DNA of 34,904 nt from Nitrospirota bacterium (GCA_030598325.1 JAUVQE010000003.1:1-34904); one strand, 5' to 3'. Counted from the first letter of the stretch, positions 1 through 9,278 are shown. Notes: generated from the sequence alone by a model not told the origin. Program-made: numbers and translations.

Positions 1-86
1 ACAATCACGAAAGAAAACAATGGACAAGAAACAAGATGACTCCTGTTGCATACAGAAATCATCTTCTAACCAAGGTCGAGGGTTAG
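1..86 (+). CDS. IS3-family transposase, C-terminal fragment (partial)
   Basis: Manual translation from position 3 gives NHERKQWTRNKMTPVAYRNHLL..., with TAG at 84-86. Too short for the ORF track. Confidence 0.75.
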   Translation, partial: NHERKQWTRNKMTPVAYRNHLLTKVEG

Positions 87-94
87 GGGGTTCT

Positions 95-123
95 AAACTG
101 TCTACCAAATGGGGTACACATCA
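95..123 (+). repeat. Putative IS3 right terminal inverted repeat
   Basis: TGTC-TACCAAAT-GGGG-TACA-CATCA pattern just after the transposase stop. The left IR is outside the window, so the exact length cannot be confirmed. Confidence 0.7.
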
Positions 124-137
124 CCAAGCAATTGCGA

Positions 138-194
138 GTTTTGCGATCCGCAGCGCAGCCGATTCCGCGTAATCGGCGAAGCAAAGGAGAAAAA
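138..194 (+). repeat. GC-rich imperfect palindromic (REP/MITE-like) element
   Basis: Core stem GCCGATT-ccgcgt-AATCGGC (158-177), extended by GC/GC, TCC/GGA and TTTT/AAAA pairs with purine-rich internal loops. Contains GCGAAGC at 176-182. Confidence 0.45.
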
Positions 195-233
195 TTTCAA
201 GCTTTTTCAGAAAAACCCTATTTCAACAGTTGC

Positions 234-422
234 TTAACGACTCTGCCCAGCTAAGAGTTCGTCCAGGATTTCCTGGTCTGTTTTGGCTTCTTTAATTTCA
301 ATTGGCCTTAGAATGATGACTCTGTCTTCAACTATCAGAGAGAACCAGCCGGTGGTACAGAGACGGTGGTATGATTTTGGGATTGTTATTTGGTGATTGG
401 GTGATATTTTGATGAGTTTCAT
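234..422 (-). CDS. AbrB/MazE/SpoVT-family small DNA-binding protein
   Basis: KISPNHQITIPK...IVEDRVIILRP fits the swapped-hairpin pattern (K-I/V-x-x-x-x-Q-I-T-I-P-K ... I-I-L-x-P). Confidence 0.7.
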   Translation of the reverse strand: MKLIKISPNHQITIPKSYHRLCTTGWFSLIVEDRVIILRPIEIKEAKTDQEILDELLAGQSR

Positions 423-452
423 AGGTGGAGTGGGGTTATTTTTTGGAAATGT

Positions 453-481
453 TCAAAAATTCAAAAATTTTGAAATTTTGA
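453..481. promoter_or_regulatory. 29-bp near-perfect palindrome upstream of the AbrB-like gene
   Basis: TCAAAA-A-TTCAAAA-A-TTTTGAA-A-TTTTGA. Confidence 0.45.
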
Positions 482-495
482 GATTTTCATAAAAA

Positions 496-520
496 GAGGG
501 TAAGGAGGGTAAGAGGGTAG
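496..520. repeat. Three direct repeats of GAGGGTA (candidate operator)
   Basis: GAGGGTA starts at 496, 505 and 513. Confidence 0.55.
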
Positions 521-593
521 CAGGGGGATATAAAATTTTTCTAAATTATTTTGTATTTGAGGATAGATTTGCGGTTTGGGAGGAACGCAACCC

Positions 594-622
594 TTCACAA
601 AAAGGCTAATTTATGGTAAAAT
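594..622 (+). promoter_or_regulatory. Sigma70-type promoter of the pilus operon
   Basis: TTCACA (594-599), 17 bp, then TG-g-TAAAAT (extended -10, 617-622). An A-rich leader without SD runs to ATG 657. Confidence 0.65.
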
Positions 623-656
623 ACAAAGACGATAAAACAAAAATAAACACAAAATA

Positions 657-2381
657 ATGGCAATAAACCAGGAAATTCTGGTAAAAGCACTATTGGAGAA
701 GAAATTGATACAAGAAAAGGCCTTAACCGGCTTTATCAGTCATGCCAAAACTCAAAATAAATCTCTGGAAAGTTTGCTGTTTGAACGTGAAGTAATATCG
801 GATAGTAAATTGGGAGAAGTGGTCGCGGAACTTTATGGCGTTCCATTTATAAAAATCACTGAAAAAACAATATCCGAACCATTACTCAGAATAATTCCTT
901 ATACGTTAGCATCCCATCAATTCGTAATCCCTTTCGAAAGCAACGGAAGCGATCTGCAAATAGCATTAAACAACCCTCACAATTTTGAATTGATGAGTTT
1001 TATTGAAAAAAAGACGGGACTAACAATAATTCCCCATTACGCGACCAAAAAAGACTTAAAAACAGCATTAAAAGTATACAACAGAGACGTTAATCGAAAA
1101 TTTAATACACTACTGAAAAGCGCGTTAAAAGACCCGACAAAAATAGAATCGTTAAAAGACGCGGCCAAAATTTTGGATACAATAATATTCTTTGCGTACC
1201 AAAACAACGCTTCGGACGTTCACATCGAACCGCACAAAGAATTCATATTAGTCAGATACAGAATTGATGGAATTCTTCAAACAATTGCCGAATTACCGAT
1301 GGCGATACTTGAATTGCTCACAACAAGAATAAAAGTTCTGGCAAATATGCGGACAGATGAACACAGGGCGGCGCAAGACGGACGTTTCAAAATTGAACTG
1401 GAAAATATTGAAATAACCCTCCGTGTTTCGATCATTCCAATATATGAAGGAGAAAAAACAGTCCTCAGATTATTGAGTTCCACAAGCCAGGAATTGAATT
1501 TGGAGGCATTGGGTTATTCGGACAGAAATCTAAAAGTAATCCATAATAATATTTTGAAAACAAGTGGATTAATACTGATGACGGGACCGACAGGATCAGG
1601 AAAAACAACCACTCTATACTCAATTTTAAAATTACTTAATTCTCCCGAGGTAAACGTAGCAACAATCGAAGATCCAATCGAATACAGGCTCGAAGGAACA
1701 AATCAAATTCAGGTTAACCCCAAAACAAATTTAACCTTTGCCAAAGGGTTGCGGGCATTACTTCGACAAGATCCGGATATCGTAATGGTGGGGGAAATCC
1801 GTGACGAAGAAACCGCGGACATAGCAATAAACGCGGCATTAACAGGACATATAGTTTTAGCGACACTGCATACAAACGACGCCGCGTCCACCATCCCGAG
1901 AATGCTCGAAATGGGTGCGGAAGCATTTTTATTATCCGCGACAGTAAAAACGATAATCGCCCAAAGGCTGGTCAGAACAATCTGCTCAAAATGCAAAAAA
2001 GCTTACAAAATAAGTAAAGAAAAATTCAACGAACTTGGACAAAAATTTAATTTGGGTAAAAATTTCGATGAAATTTTTCAGGAAATCAGCGAAACAAACC
2101 CCAAATTAAAAGAAACCCTGTCCGGAACCGAAGTAATCATCAGTAAAGGGGAGGGTTGTGCCTCATGTTCGGGAAGCGGATATAAAGGCAGAACTTCAAT
2201 AGCGGAAGTAATGGAAATAACAGAAGATATTAAAACACTCATATTAAAAAACGCTCCACCGAGAGAACTGGAAGATAAAGCAAGAGAACAGGGGATGACC
2301 ACAATATTCGCTGACGGAATTTTAAAAGTTCTTAACGGGGAAACCACATTGGAAGAAGTATTAAGAGTAATGCGTACTTAA
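657..2381 (+). CDS. pilB: Type IV pilus assembly ATPase (PilB/GspE family)
   Basis: ASDVHIEP, Walker A GPTGSGKTT, IEDPIEY, LRQDPDIVMVGEIRD, TGHIVLATLHTND and a tetra-Cys Zn site (CSKC...CASC). Confidence 0.95.
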   Translation: MAINQEILVKALLEKKLIQEKALTGFISHAKTQNKSLESLLFEREVISDSKLGEVVAELYGVPFIKITEKTISEPLLRIIPYTLASHQFVIPFESNGSDLQIALNNPHNFELMSFIEKKTGLTIIPHYATKKDLKTALKVYNRDVNRKFNTLLKSALKDPTKIESLKDAAKILDTIIFFAYQNNASDVHIEPHKEFILVRYRIDGILQTIAELPMAILELLTTRIKVLANMRTDEHRAAQDGRFKIELENIEITLRVSIIPIYEGEKTVLRLLSSTSQELNLEALGYSDRNLKVIHNNILKTSGLILMTGPTGSGKTTTLYSILKLLNSPEVNVATIEDPIEYRLEGTNQIQVNPKTNLTFAKGLRALLRQDPDIVMVGEIRDEETADIAINAALTGHIVLATLHTNDAASTIPRMLEMGAEAFLLSATVKTIIAQRLVRTICSKCKKAYKISKEKFNELGQKFNLGKNFDEIFQEISETNPKLKETLSGTEVIISKGEGCASCSGSGYKGRTSIAEVMEITEDIKTLILKNAPPRELEDKAREQGMTTIFADGILKVLNGETTLEEVLRVMRT

Positions 2382-2390
2382 CCCAAAAAA

Positions 2391-3599
2391 ATGCCAAAAT
2401 TTGAATACGTTATCACAGACGAAACGGGGCGGAAAAAAGAAGGCACAATAACCGCCTCAAATAAGCTAAAGGCGACAGAAAAACTTCGCAGGAAAAACGA
2501 AATAATCATTTCGATAACCGAAAAAAAGAGAGGAAAATTTTTTCTATTCGGAAAACCAAGAATGAGTTTGCAGGAAAAAGTTGTCTTCACGAAAAGTTTG
2601 GCGACAATGATAAAAGTAGGAATAACAGTTACGGAAGCGTTCGAAATAATATTTGATCAGGCTGAAAAAAGAGGATTGAAATCAATGTTTGAAGATATCT
2701 TGGAAAGAATCAAAACAGGGCAATCTTTGGCCAGTTCTTTAAGGAAATACAATAATGTTTTTTCCGATCTTTTCGTGAATATGATCGAAACAGGAGAAGA
2801 AAGTGGAAATTTGGGACGTGTATTACACCGATTGACAATACAGCTTGAAAAAGAATACGAACTTAAAAAAAGGGTATTCAGCGCATTAATCTATCCCGCT
2901 GTTATTATTTCGGTCACCATAATTATGGCGATTGGAATAGTGCTTTTTATAATGCCGAAAATCACAGGAATATTCGAAAAATTCGACATTGATCTACCTT
3001 TACCAACAAGAATACTGATAGGATTTAGTAAATTTTTAACCGAGCAGACATTAATAGCGATTGGTTTGACGGTAGGGATAGTGGGCGGAATAATATTTTT
3101 GGGAAAATTAAAAGCTCTAAAACCTTTCTGGCATACCTTGTCTTTAAAATTACCGGTTTTCGGAGATTTGCTGATTTCCGCGAATGTAGCCCGTTTTTCA
3201 AGAACAATAAATTCACTTCTGCAGTCCGGAGTTCCGGTAGCGGAAGGATTGGGAATGACCGGAAAAATGCTTGATAACACGCTATATAAGACAGTTCTGG
3301 AAGAGGTCAGTGAAAAAATCGTACAGGGAGGAGGCATAGGGGAAAATTTGGAAAAACACAGAAAACTTTTTCCTCAATTGGCCACAAAGATGCTACAAAT
3401 TGGAGAAAAAACGGGAAGCCTGGAAGTTACCACAAAATACATAGCACAACTCTACGAAAAAAATGTTGAAGACAAAACAAGAAATTTATCAGTTCTACTG
3501 GAACCGCTTCTGCTTGTTTTTATGGCGGTAATGGTTGGAGGAATAGCACTTTCGATAATATTGCCAATCTATCAGCTCCCGAACCTTCTCAATAAATAA
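2391..3599 (+). CDS. pilC: Type IV pilus platform protein (PilC/GspF family)
   Basis: Two GspF repeats (GEESGNL, GEKTGSL), ALIYP, LLEPLLL..., three hydrophobic segments; follows pilB. Confidence 0.95.
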   Translation: MPKFEYVITDETGRKKEGTITASNKLKATEKLRRKNEIIISITEKKRGKFFLFGKPRMSLQEKVVFTKSLATMIKVGITVTEAFEIIFDQAEKRGLKSMFEDILERIKTGQSLASSLRKYNNVFSDLFVNMIETGEESGNLGRVLHRLTIQLEKEYELKKRVFSALIYPAVIISVTIIMAIGIVLFIMPKITGIFEKFDIDLPLPTRILIGFSKFLTEQTLIAIGLTVGIVGGIIFLGKLKALKPFWHTLSLKLPVFGDLLISANVARFSRTINSLLQSGVPVAEGLGMTGKMLDNTLYKTVLEEVSEKIVQGGGIGENLEKHRKLFPQLATKMLQIGEKTGSLEVTTKYIAQLYEKNVEDKTRNLSVLLEPLLLVFMAVMVGGIALSIILPIYQLPNLLNK

Positions 3600-3600
3600 T

Positions 3601-4077
3601 ATGAAAATATCAGAAAAAACAAACAGAACACCAAAAGCCTTCACACTCGTTGAAGTAGTCCTCGTTATAATTCTAATCGGAGTATCAGTAGGCTTTTCGA
3701 TTCTCTATCATCAATCCTCCCAGGTGCGGGCGGATATAAACTCACAGGTTGCGCAATTTACGTCATACGTAAGGCTGGCCCACAGCGACGCTTTATCCGG
3801 ACTTGAAGACCAATCGCACGGAATACATTTGGAAACGTCTTCATACACGATCTTCATTGGGAGTTCTTATGACCTCATGGACGAATTCAATTTTGTTATA
3901 GAACTGTCCCCGACAATAACAATAGAAAATATAAGCCTTAACGGAGGAGGAAGCGACATAATATTTACAACCACAGCAGGCGAAACCGCGCAATACGGGA
4001 CGTTGGATTTTGTCTCAACTCAAATTGGAAAAACAATAAATGTAGAAATAACCAAATTTGGAACAGTAACTTATTAA
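3601..4077 (+). CDS. Minor pilin (FimT/FimU/GspH-like)
   Basis: Class III signal KA|FTLVEVVLVIILIG; C-terminal I.F...GE...VEITKFG motif of H-type pseudopilins. Confidence 0.8.
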   Translation: MKISEKTNRTPKAFTLVEVVLVIILIGVSVGFSILYHQSSQVRADINSQVAQFTSYVRLAHSDALSGLEDQSHGIHLETSSYTIFIGSSYDLMDEFNFVIELSPTITIENISLNGGGSDIIFTTTAGETAQYGTLDFVSTQIGKTINVEITKFGTVTY

Positions 4078-4078
4078 T

Positions 4079-5929
4079 ATGAAAAACCGTCATCTAAAAA
4101 AAGGATTCTCAATAATAGAAGTATTGCTGGCAATAACAATCTTCGCAATATTCTCTGCGGGAATTTTTTATCTTTCTTTGGACACCATACAAAGAGACAT
4201 AAAAGTTAATTTAAACACGGAAGCGATTTTATACGCACAAGAAGGATTGGAAGCGGCTCGAAACATCAGAGACAAAAACTATCTTCTTCTGACAAATGGA
4301 GACAAAGGCTTGTTTCTCAACGAAGGAAGTTGGGAATTTGTAATAGCCCCGGAAGATATTGACGGATTTTACAGCAGAACAATCACAATTGAAGACGTTT
4401 ATCGTGACGAAAACGGAGACATTGACGAGGAAGGGTTATATTTCGATTCGGACACAAAAAAAATAACATCCGAAGTGTCATGGCTACAAAAAGGAGTAAT
4501 TCCAAAATCGATTTCGCTAACGTCATACCTGTCAAACTGGACAGGCGATGACTGGATAGAAACAACATGTACGGATTTCGATGCGGGAACATATGAAGGT
4601 ACGGAAACAGGAATTACCGAAAGCCCCCCTGAAGATAATTGCGATATTGTGCTTACAGCCGTTGAAATGGGAAGCGAATATTTCTATTTCGGTAATTTCG
4701 GACACCATGGAAATGATATAATTGTTGAAGGGAATTACATATATCTCGCTACAGAATATTCCAATAAAGGACTGGTAATACTCGATATTTCAGATCTTGA
4801 AAACATTACCACCGCAAGTGAGGTAGATATTGGACACAAAGGAAATCGTTTAACAAAAGCGGGTAATTATGTGTACATGGGAACACAAAATGGTGCTTTG
4901 GGACTGACTGTGGTAAACGCGTCAGATCCCAATAACGCATTTTTATATTTTTCCTGGCCGTTGGGAGGACTGGGTAACCAACCGACCATATCTGGGAGCA
5001 ATCTCTACATGACTGTAAATGAAAGTGGTTCGGGATTACAGATATTCGATGTAAGCGCAGAACAATTGCCAACTCCGTTATTAATAGACAGTTATGACTT
5101 TGACAACGAAGCTTATATTGCCAAAATAAACGGAAATTACGCATATGTAGGGCTTGGTGACGACTCATTGGGACTCAGGGTTATGGATATTTCAGACCCA
5201 TATGATATTACCGAAATAGCGTCTCTTAACGTCGGAGAGGAAGTTAACGCGATAACAATAACAGGAACAATCGCGTTTATTGGGACGGAAGGCAGCAATG
5301 ATTCTTTACAAGTAATAAATATATCCGATCCGGAAAATCCAACAATAGTAACATCACTTGATGTAGGAGGTGAAATAGAAGATTTGGTGATATCGGGTGA
5401 TTATCTATACGCGGCCGTTGATAACCAAAACGCGGGACTGGCGGCAATAAACATATCAAACCCATTCTCGCCGTATCTCGTATACAATCTGGATATTGAA
5501 GGAAAAGGGTCAGGAATTGACGCAAACGAAACGTATGTATTTGTAGCAACCGACACGAAAAACAAAGGCCTTGTAATAATAGGAACAACAGTAGCAAGTG
5601 TTGTGGAAAGCGGAGCATTTACTTCTCAAATTTTTGATACGGGAAGCTCCGACACCAGATATAATTTTATTGAATGGGATCATGAAGAGGTGCCAAGCGC
5701 TTCTGTGAAATTTCAGCTTAGAACCGCTGACTCCGCTGAAAATATAGCAACGGCAACGTGGGTGGGCTCGGACGGAACGGTCGATACCTATTATGAAAAT
5801 CCACGCACAATTATTACACTGGATCCGGGAAAAACCGGAGTAAGATATTTCCAATACAAAACATTTATTGACTCAGACGGAATAACCAGTCCAGCGATCA
5901 GCAGTGTAAGAATTAATTTCACACCATGA
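4079..5929 (+). CDS. Large minor pilin (PilV-like N-terminus) with LVIVD beta-propeller repeats
   Basis: KKG|FSIIEVLL prepilin signal and A..YAQEGLEAARNIRD. Repeats of GNY.Y.....GL...DISDP (GLVILDISD, GLQIFDVS, GLRVMDISDP, SLQVINISDP, GLAAINISNP). Confidence 0.85.
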   Translation: MKNRHLKKGFSIIEVLLAITIFAIFSAGIFYLSLDTIQRDIKVNLNTEAILYAQEGLEAARNIRDKNYLLLTNGDKGLFLNEGSWEFVIAPEDIDGFYSRTITIEDVYRDENGDIDEEGLYFDSDTKKITSEVSWLQKGVIPKSISLTSYLSNWTGDDWIETTCTDFDAGTYEGTETGITESPPEDNCDIVLTAVEMGSEYFYFGNFGHHGNDIIVEGNYIYLATEYSNKGLVILDISDLENITTASEVDIGHKGNRLTKAGNYVYMGTQNGALGLTVVNASDPNNAFLYFSWPLGGLGNQPTISGSNLYMTVNESGSGLQIFDVSAEQLPTPLLIDSYDFDNEAYIAKINGNYAYVGLGDDSLGLRVMDISDPYDITEIASLNVGEEVNAITITGTIAFIGTEGSNDSLQVINISDPENPTIVTSLDVGGEIEDLVISGDYLYAAVDNQNAGLAAINISNPFSPYLVYNLDIEGKGSGIDANETYVFVATDTKNKGLVIIGTTVASVVESGAFTSQIFDTGSSDTRYNFIEWDHEEVPSASVKFQLRTADSAENIATATWVGSDGTVDTYYENPRTIITLDPGKTGVRYFQYKTFIDSDGITSPAISSVRINFTP

Positions 5930-6447
5930 TAAAAAAAATAAATAAAAATAGAGGAACCACTTTAATAGAAATATTATTTTATTTTGTAATAGTTGGAGTA
6001 CTTCTCTTTGTGGCAATGAATTTTGCGATTCAAATACTTAACGTGTCAAAACAGTCGGAAAATGCCCATGAATTACAGGCCAACATAAATTTTGTGTCAC
6101 AGAAAATTGTCTCAACGGTTCAGACAGCAGAAAGCATAGATGACACAAATAGCATATTTGATAATGATCAGGGAAAACTCTCGCTAAATTTATCAGAAGC
6201 GTCAAAAACACCAACATTGTTTTACATTTCCAGTGGAGATGTTTTTATCAAAGAAGGCAGTGACGCAGCGGTCAAAATCAATTCGGAATCAATAAACTGT
6301 TTAAGCCTGAGATTTCAACGCATCACATACGCTAAGACCCCGGATCAGATAATCATAGACGCCGTTTTTGAAGTAAAAAACGTGGAAATAACAAATCTTG
6401 AACAAACATTACCATTTCACACATCAGTATCATTAAGAAAAATATGA
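5926..6447 (+). CDS. Minor pilin (PilW/GspJ-like)
   Basis: NRG|TTLIEILFYFVIVG prepilin signal; ATGA overlap with the upstream gene. Confidence 0.8.
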   Translation: MIKKINKNRGTTLIEILFYFVIVGVLLFVAMNFAIQILNVSKQSENAHELQANINFVSQKIVSTVQTAESIDDTNSIFDNDQGKLSLNLSEASKTPTLFYISSGDVFIKEGSDAAVKINSESINCLSLRFQRITYAKTPDQIIIDAVFEVKNVEITNLEQTLPFHTSVSLRKI

Positions 6448-6857
6448 AAAATATGAAAAGTCTAAAAACATTATCGAATAATAAAGGATCAATCGCATTA
6501 ATCAGCGTATTAGTAATCTGTGCAATAATGATACTGTTTACTGTCAGAATGTCGGAATCCAATATCTCCACCATGTATCAATATTTAAATAATGAATCCA
6601 GCCAAATAATTTATCGTGCGGCAGAGAGTTGCTTGGAAGAATCAATCTTAAGAATTGAAAAAGACACATCCTTTTCAGGAACGACTTTGAATTTAGGTGA
6701 CGCGACTTGTGTTTCAACGGTAACAGGAAGTGATGTTAAAACAATTTCAATTGTAATTAATTACAATTCATACACTCAAAACTATTCCGCGGAAGCGTCT
6801 GTCACAACTGGCGGGAACGCAAATAATATTGAGCTTCAAAAATGGGAGAAAACCTAA
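6444..6857 (+). CDS. Minor pilin (PilX/GspK-like)
   Basis: NKG|SIALISVLVI without Glu5, plus AAESCLEE motif; ATGA overlap. Confidence 0.8.
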   Translation: MKNMKSLKTLSNNKGSIALISVLVICAIMILFTVRMSESNISTMYQYLNNESSQIIYRAAESCLEESILRIEKDTSFSGTTLNLGDATCVSTVTGSDVKTISIVINYNSYTQNYSAEASVTTGGNANNIELQKWEKT

Positions 6858-6869
6858 TAATATAGAGAC

Positions 6870-8525
6870 ATGAGTTTATTTACAAAAAGAATACTGGGGA
6901 TAGATATACATGATTATTCTGTCGAACTTGTAGAAATAAGACAGAAAGGAAAAGAAATGTATCTGGAGGCTTACAACAGGGCTTTACTGGAAACAGACGT
7001 TGTGAAAAACGGCGAAATAAAAAAACCGGAAGAACTTAAAAAAGTTCTAATCGAATTAATAAAAAACGCGAACCCAAAAGCTGTAGAAACAAGAAATACA
7101 GCAGTAATTTTCCCCTCAAGCAAGGTATTAACCCATATTTTTACTTTTCCGGCAAATCTGGACGAAAACGAAATCAAGAAATCAATAGCGTATGAGGCGG
7201 AAACAATAATCCCATTCTCGATAAACGATGTTTATTGGGATTTTATGGTCATAGAAAAAGAAGATGTTTCAAAAAAACACGCATCCCAATATGTATTTTT
7301 TGCATGTGTAAACAAGCAAATAGCGGATGAATATACCGCGGTTCTTGAGTCAATAGGTCTAAATCCACTCTTGTCAGGGATCAATGCGGAAGCACTCAAA
7401 TATGCGATGTGGGAACAAATGAACAAAGATGAAACAAATTTAATTCTGGATATAGAAACTCTTTCAGTTAATTATTTGGTAGTCAAAAATCAAAAAATTC
7501 AATACTTTTTTAGTTCAAACGAAGGAGGCAAAAAACTATTAAGCAAGCTTTCAAAAGAGCTTCAGTCACCGGAAAAAATAATTCTTAACAAAAAAGAACA
7601 AAGAGAATTCAAAAGTATGTCAAACACAGATGAACTAAAAAAATTCATAGGAAAAAACTACAAAAGAGGGAAAGCGATAATAGAAGAATTGGCCGAGAAA
7701 GCAACAAGCATAAAAGTACAAAACATTATCCTTACGGGAGAATTTCTCAATCTCCCCGGTTTTTACGAAGTAGCGAAAACATATTTTCCCGATCAAAAAA
7801 TCCTTATTGGGGATCCCAAAACAAATTTAAAAATAGAGCAGGGGAAATTTATACCCATGGAAACAAGATCAAAAAGCGAAATTCCTTATTCAACACATTT
7901 TGCAAACGCTATCGGAATTGCATTAAGAGCAGTAAACGGGAAAGATGAATCAGGAGGAATAAATCTTTTACCGGGCAGACTAAAAGAAAGCATAACAAAC
8001 AAAAAAAAATCACTAATAATCGCGGCGGCGGTTATACTGATGACGGGAATATCGCTTTTCACAGCAACTTTTTTGTTTTTTATGCACCAAAACTTAATGT
8101 ACGACAGATTAAAATTGGAAATCGAAAAATCAACAATTGAAAATATGATATACGGAACAAGATATCAGCAAATACATGAAGAAATAACAGCATTAAATAA
8201 AGAAATAAACGAACTCAACGATATAAACAACACGCTGTTTTCCATGCCAATTACACTTGAAGAAATATTAAAATTAGTACCTGAAGGCGTGGAAGTAAAA
8301 TCAATGGATTTTATTGACGAAGAATTGACAGTTTCAATAACAGGAATAGCAAAGACAAGAGCGAAATTATTAGAAATCCAAGGTAATTTTGAGAACGCAG
8401 AATTTATCGAAGAGGTGATTGCCCCAATTTCAAATTTTGACGAAGAATTACAAATATCATTCGTGATAAAAATAAAATTGAATTTTATTAAACTTGCCAA
8501 ATATGACTCAGGTGCAGATATCTAA
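6870..8525 (+). CDS. pilM: Fused PilM-PilN type IV pilus alignment protein
   Basis: PilM actin-like part (ILGIDIHDYSVELVE, ETIIPFSINDVYWDF, IILTGE, AIGIALR) continues in frame into INLLP, a TM helix, a coiled coil and a PilN-like domain (VSITGIA). Confidence 0.85.
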   Translation: MSLFTKRILGIDIHDYSVELVEIRQKGKEMYLEAYNRALLETDVVKNGEIKKPEELKKVLIELIKNANPKAVETRNTAVIFPSSKVLTHIFTFPANLDENEIKKSIAYEAETIIPFSINDVYWDFMVIEKEDVSKKHASQYVFFACVNKQIADEYTAVLESIGLNPLLSGINAEALKYAMWEQMNKDETNLILDIETLSVNYLVVKNQKIQYFFSSNEGGKKLLSKLSKELQSPEKIILNKKEQREFKSMSNTDELKKFIGKNYKRGKAIIEELAEKATSIKVQNIILTGEFLNLPGFYEVAKTYFPDQKILIGDPKTNLKIEQGKFIPMETRSKSEIPYSTHFANAIGIALRAVNGKDESGGINLLPGRLKESITNKKKSLIIAAAVILMTGISLFTATFLFFMHQNLMYDRLKLEIEKSTIENMIYGTRYQQIHEEITALNKEINELNDINNTLFSMPITLEEILKLVPEGVEVKSMDFIDEELTVSITGIAKTRAKLLEIQGNFENAEFIEEVIAPISNFDEELQISFVIKIKLNFIKLAKYDSGADI

Positions 8526-9072
8526 CAGTTTGAAACGAATACTACTAATAACGCTGGTGCTTATCTTTATAAGTACCTCTACGGTAGTAATTATTGGAGA
8601 ATCAATAAAAAGTTTAGGTAGAGAAATAGAACAATTAAATATATTTCTTGAGGATGCGGAGGAAATTCAACCAAATTTTGAAACAAGCCTGGAAATGTAT
8701 ACCAAAGAGACAAAACAGATAATAAATTTTTTATCCGAACTAAGACCTGATACAGAAAAAGAAATTGTTGATGCGATATCCAAAATAGAAGATGTAGGAA
8801 AAGGGCTGTCTTTAAATATAGAACTGAAACACCTGGAAACCAAATCTATGGAAGTTGAAACAACAGAAAGAGGAGCTCTTAGCTATAGCATTTCTTTTTA
8901 CGGAACGATGACAGATTTAAAAAACTTTACAAAAGAATTGGAAAAGTTAATGTTCTTTATTAAAATTGAAGAAATAAATTTTGAAGATACAAAATTTCTT
9001 GATGGAGGCGAATTAAAAGAAAGTAAAAATATAAATATGAAAATTGTACTTTATACCAAACAATCATCATGA
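8503..9072 (+). CDS. PilO-like pilus assembly protein
   Basis: N-terminal TM, coiled coil, and ISFYGTMTDLKNFTKELEKL..FIKIEEI, typical of PilO; follows pilMN. ATG 8503 preferred over TTG 8494. Confidence 0.7.
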   Translation: MTQVQISNSLKRILLITLVLIFISTSTVVIIGESIKSLGREIEQLNIFLEDAEEIQPNFETSLEMYTKETKQIINFLSELRPDTEKEIVDAISKIEDVGKGLSLNIELKHLETKSMEVETTERGALSYSISFYGTMTDLKNFTKELEKLMFFIKIEEINFEDTKFLDGGELKESKNINMKIVLYTKQSS

Positions 9073-9278
9073 AAATAAAAAACTACAAAAGCTATTTACC
9101 ATTCGGGCTCTCCATGCTACTATTCCTAACAGTAATATTTTGGCTCTTGTCACTATATTTTAATTTAAATGGAAAACTGGAGGAGGAAGCAAAGGTAGAG
9201 ATTAAACTGCCGGTAATAGAATGGAATAAATATATGGAATTACCCAAGCAATACGAGGAAGATAAAGTGGATAGATAA
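9069..9278 (+). CDS. Small single-TM protein of the pilus operon
   Basis: 69 aa with one hydrophobic helix; ATGA overlap with the pilO-like gene. Confidence 0.65.
   Translation: MKIKNYKSYLPFGLSMLLFLTVIFWLLSLYFNLNGKLEEEAKVEIKLPVIEWNKYMELPKQYEEDKVDR

Larger units (their letters stand above)
1..123 (+). mobile_element. Right end of an IS3-family insertion sequence (truncated by the window edge)
   Basis: Frame 3 reads NHERKQWTRNKMTPVAYRNHLLTKVEG* (stop 84-86), like the IS3 OrfB C-terminus (YN..R......TP..YR). It is followed by AAACTGTCTACCAAATGGGGTACACATCA ending in CA at 123, typical of an IS3 right inverted repeat. Confidence 0.8.

Noticed and set aside
451-520. CRISPR array or plasmid iterons
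   Set aside because: Repeats are only 7-9 bp, with no spacers and no cas or rep gene.
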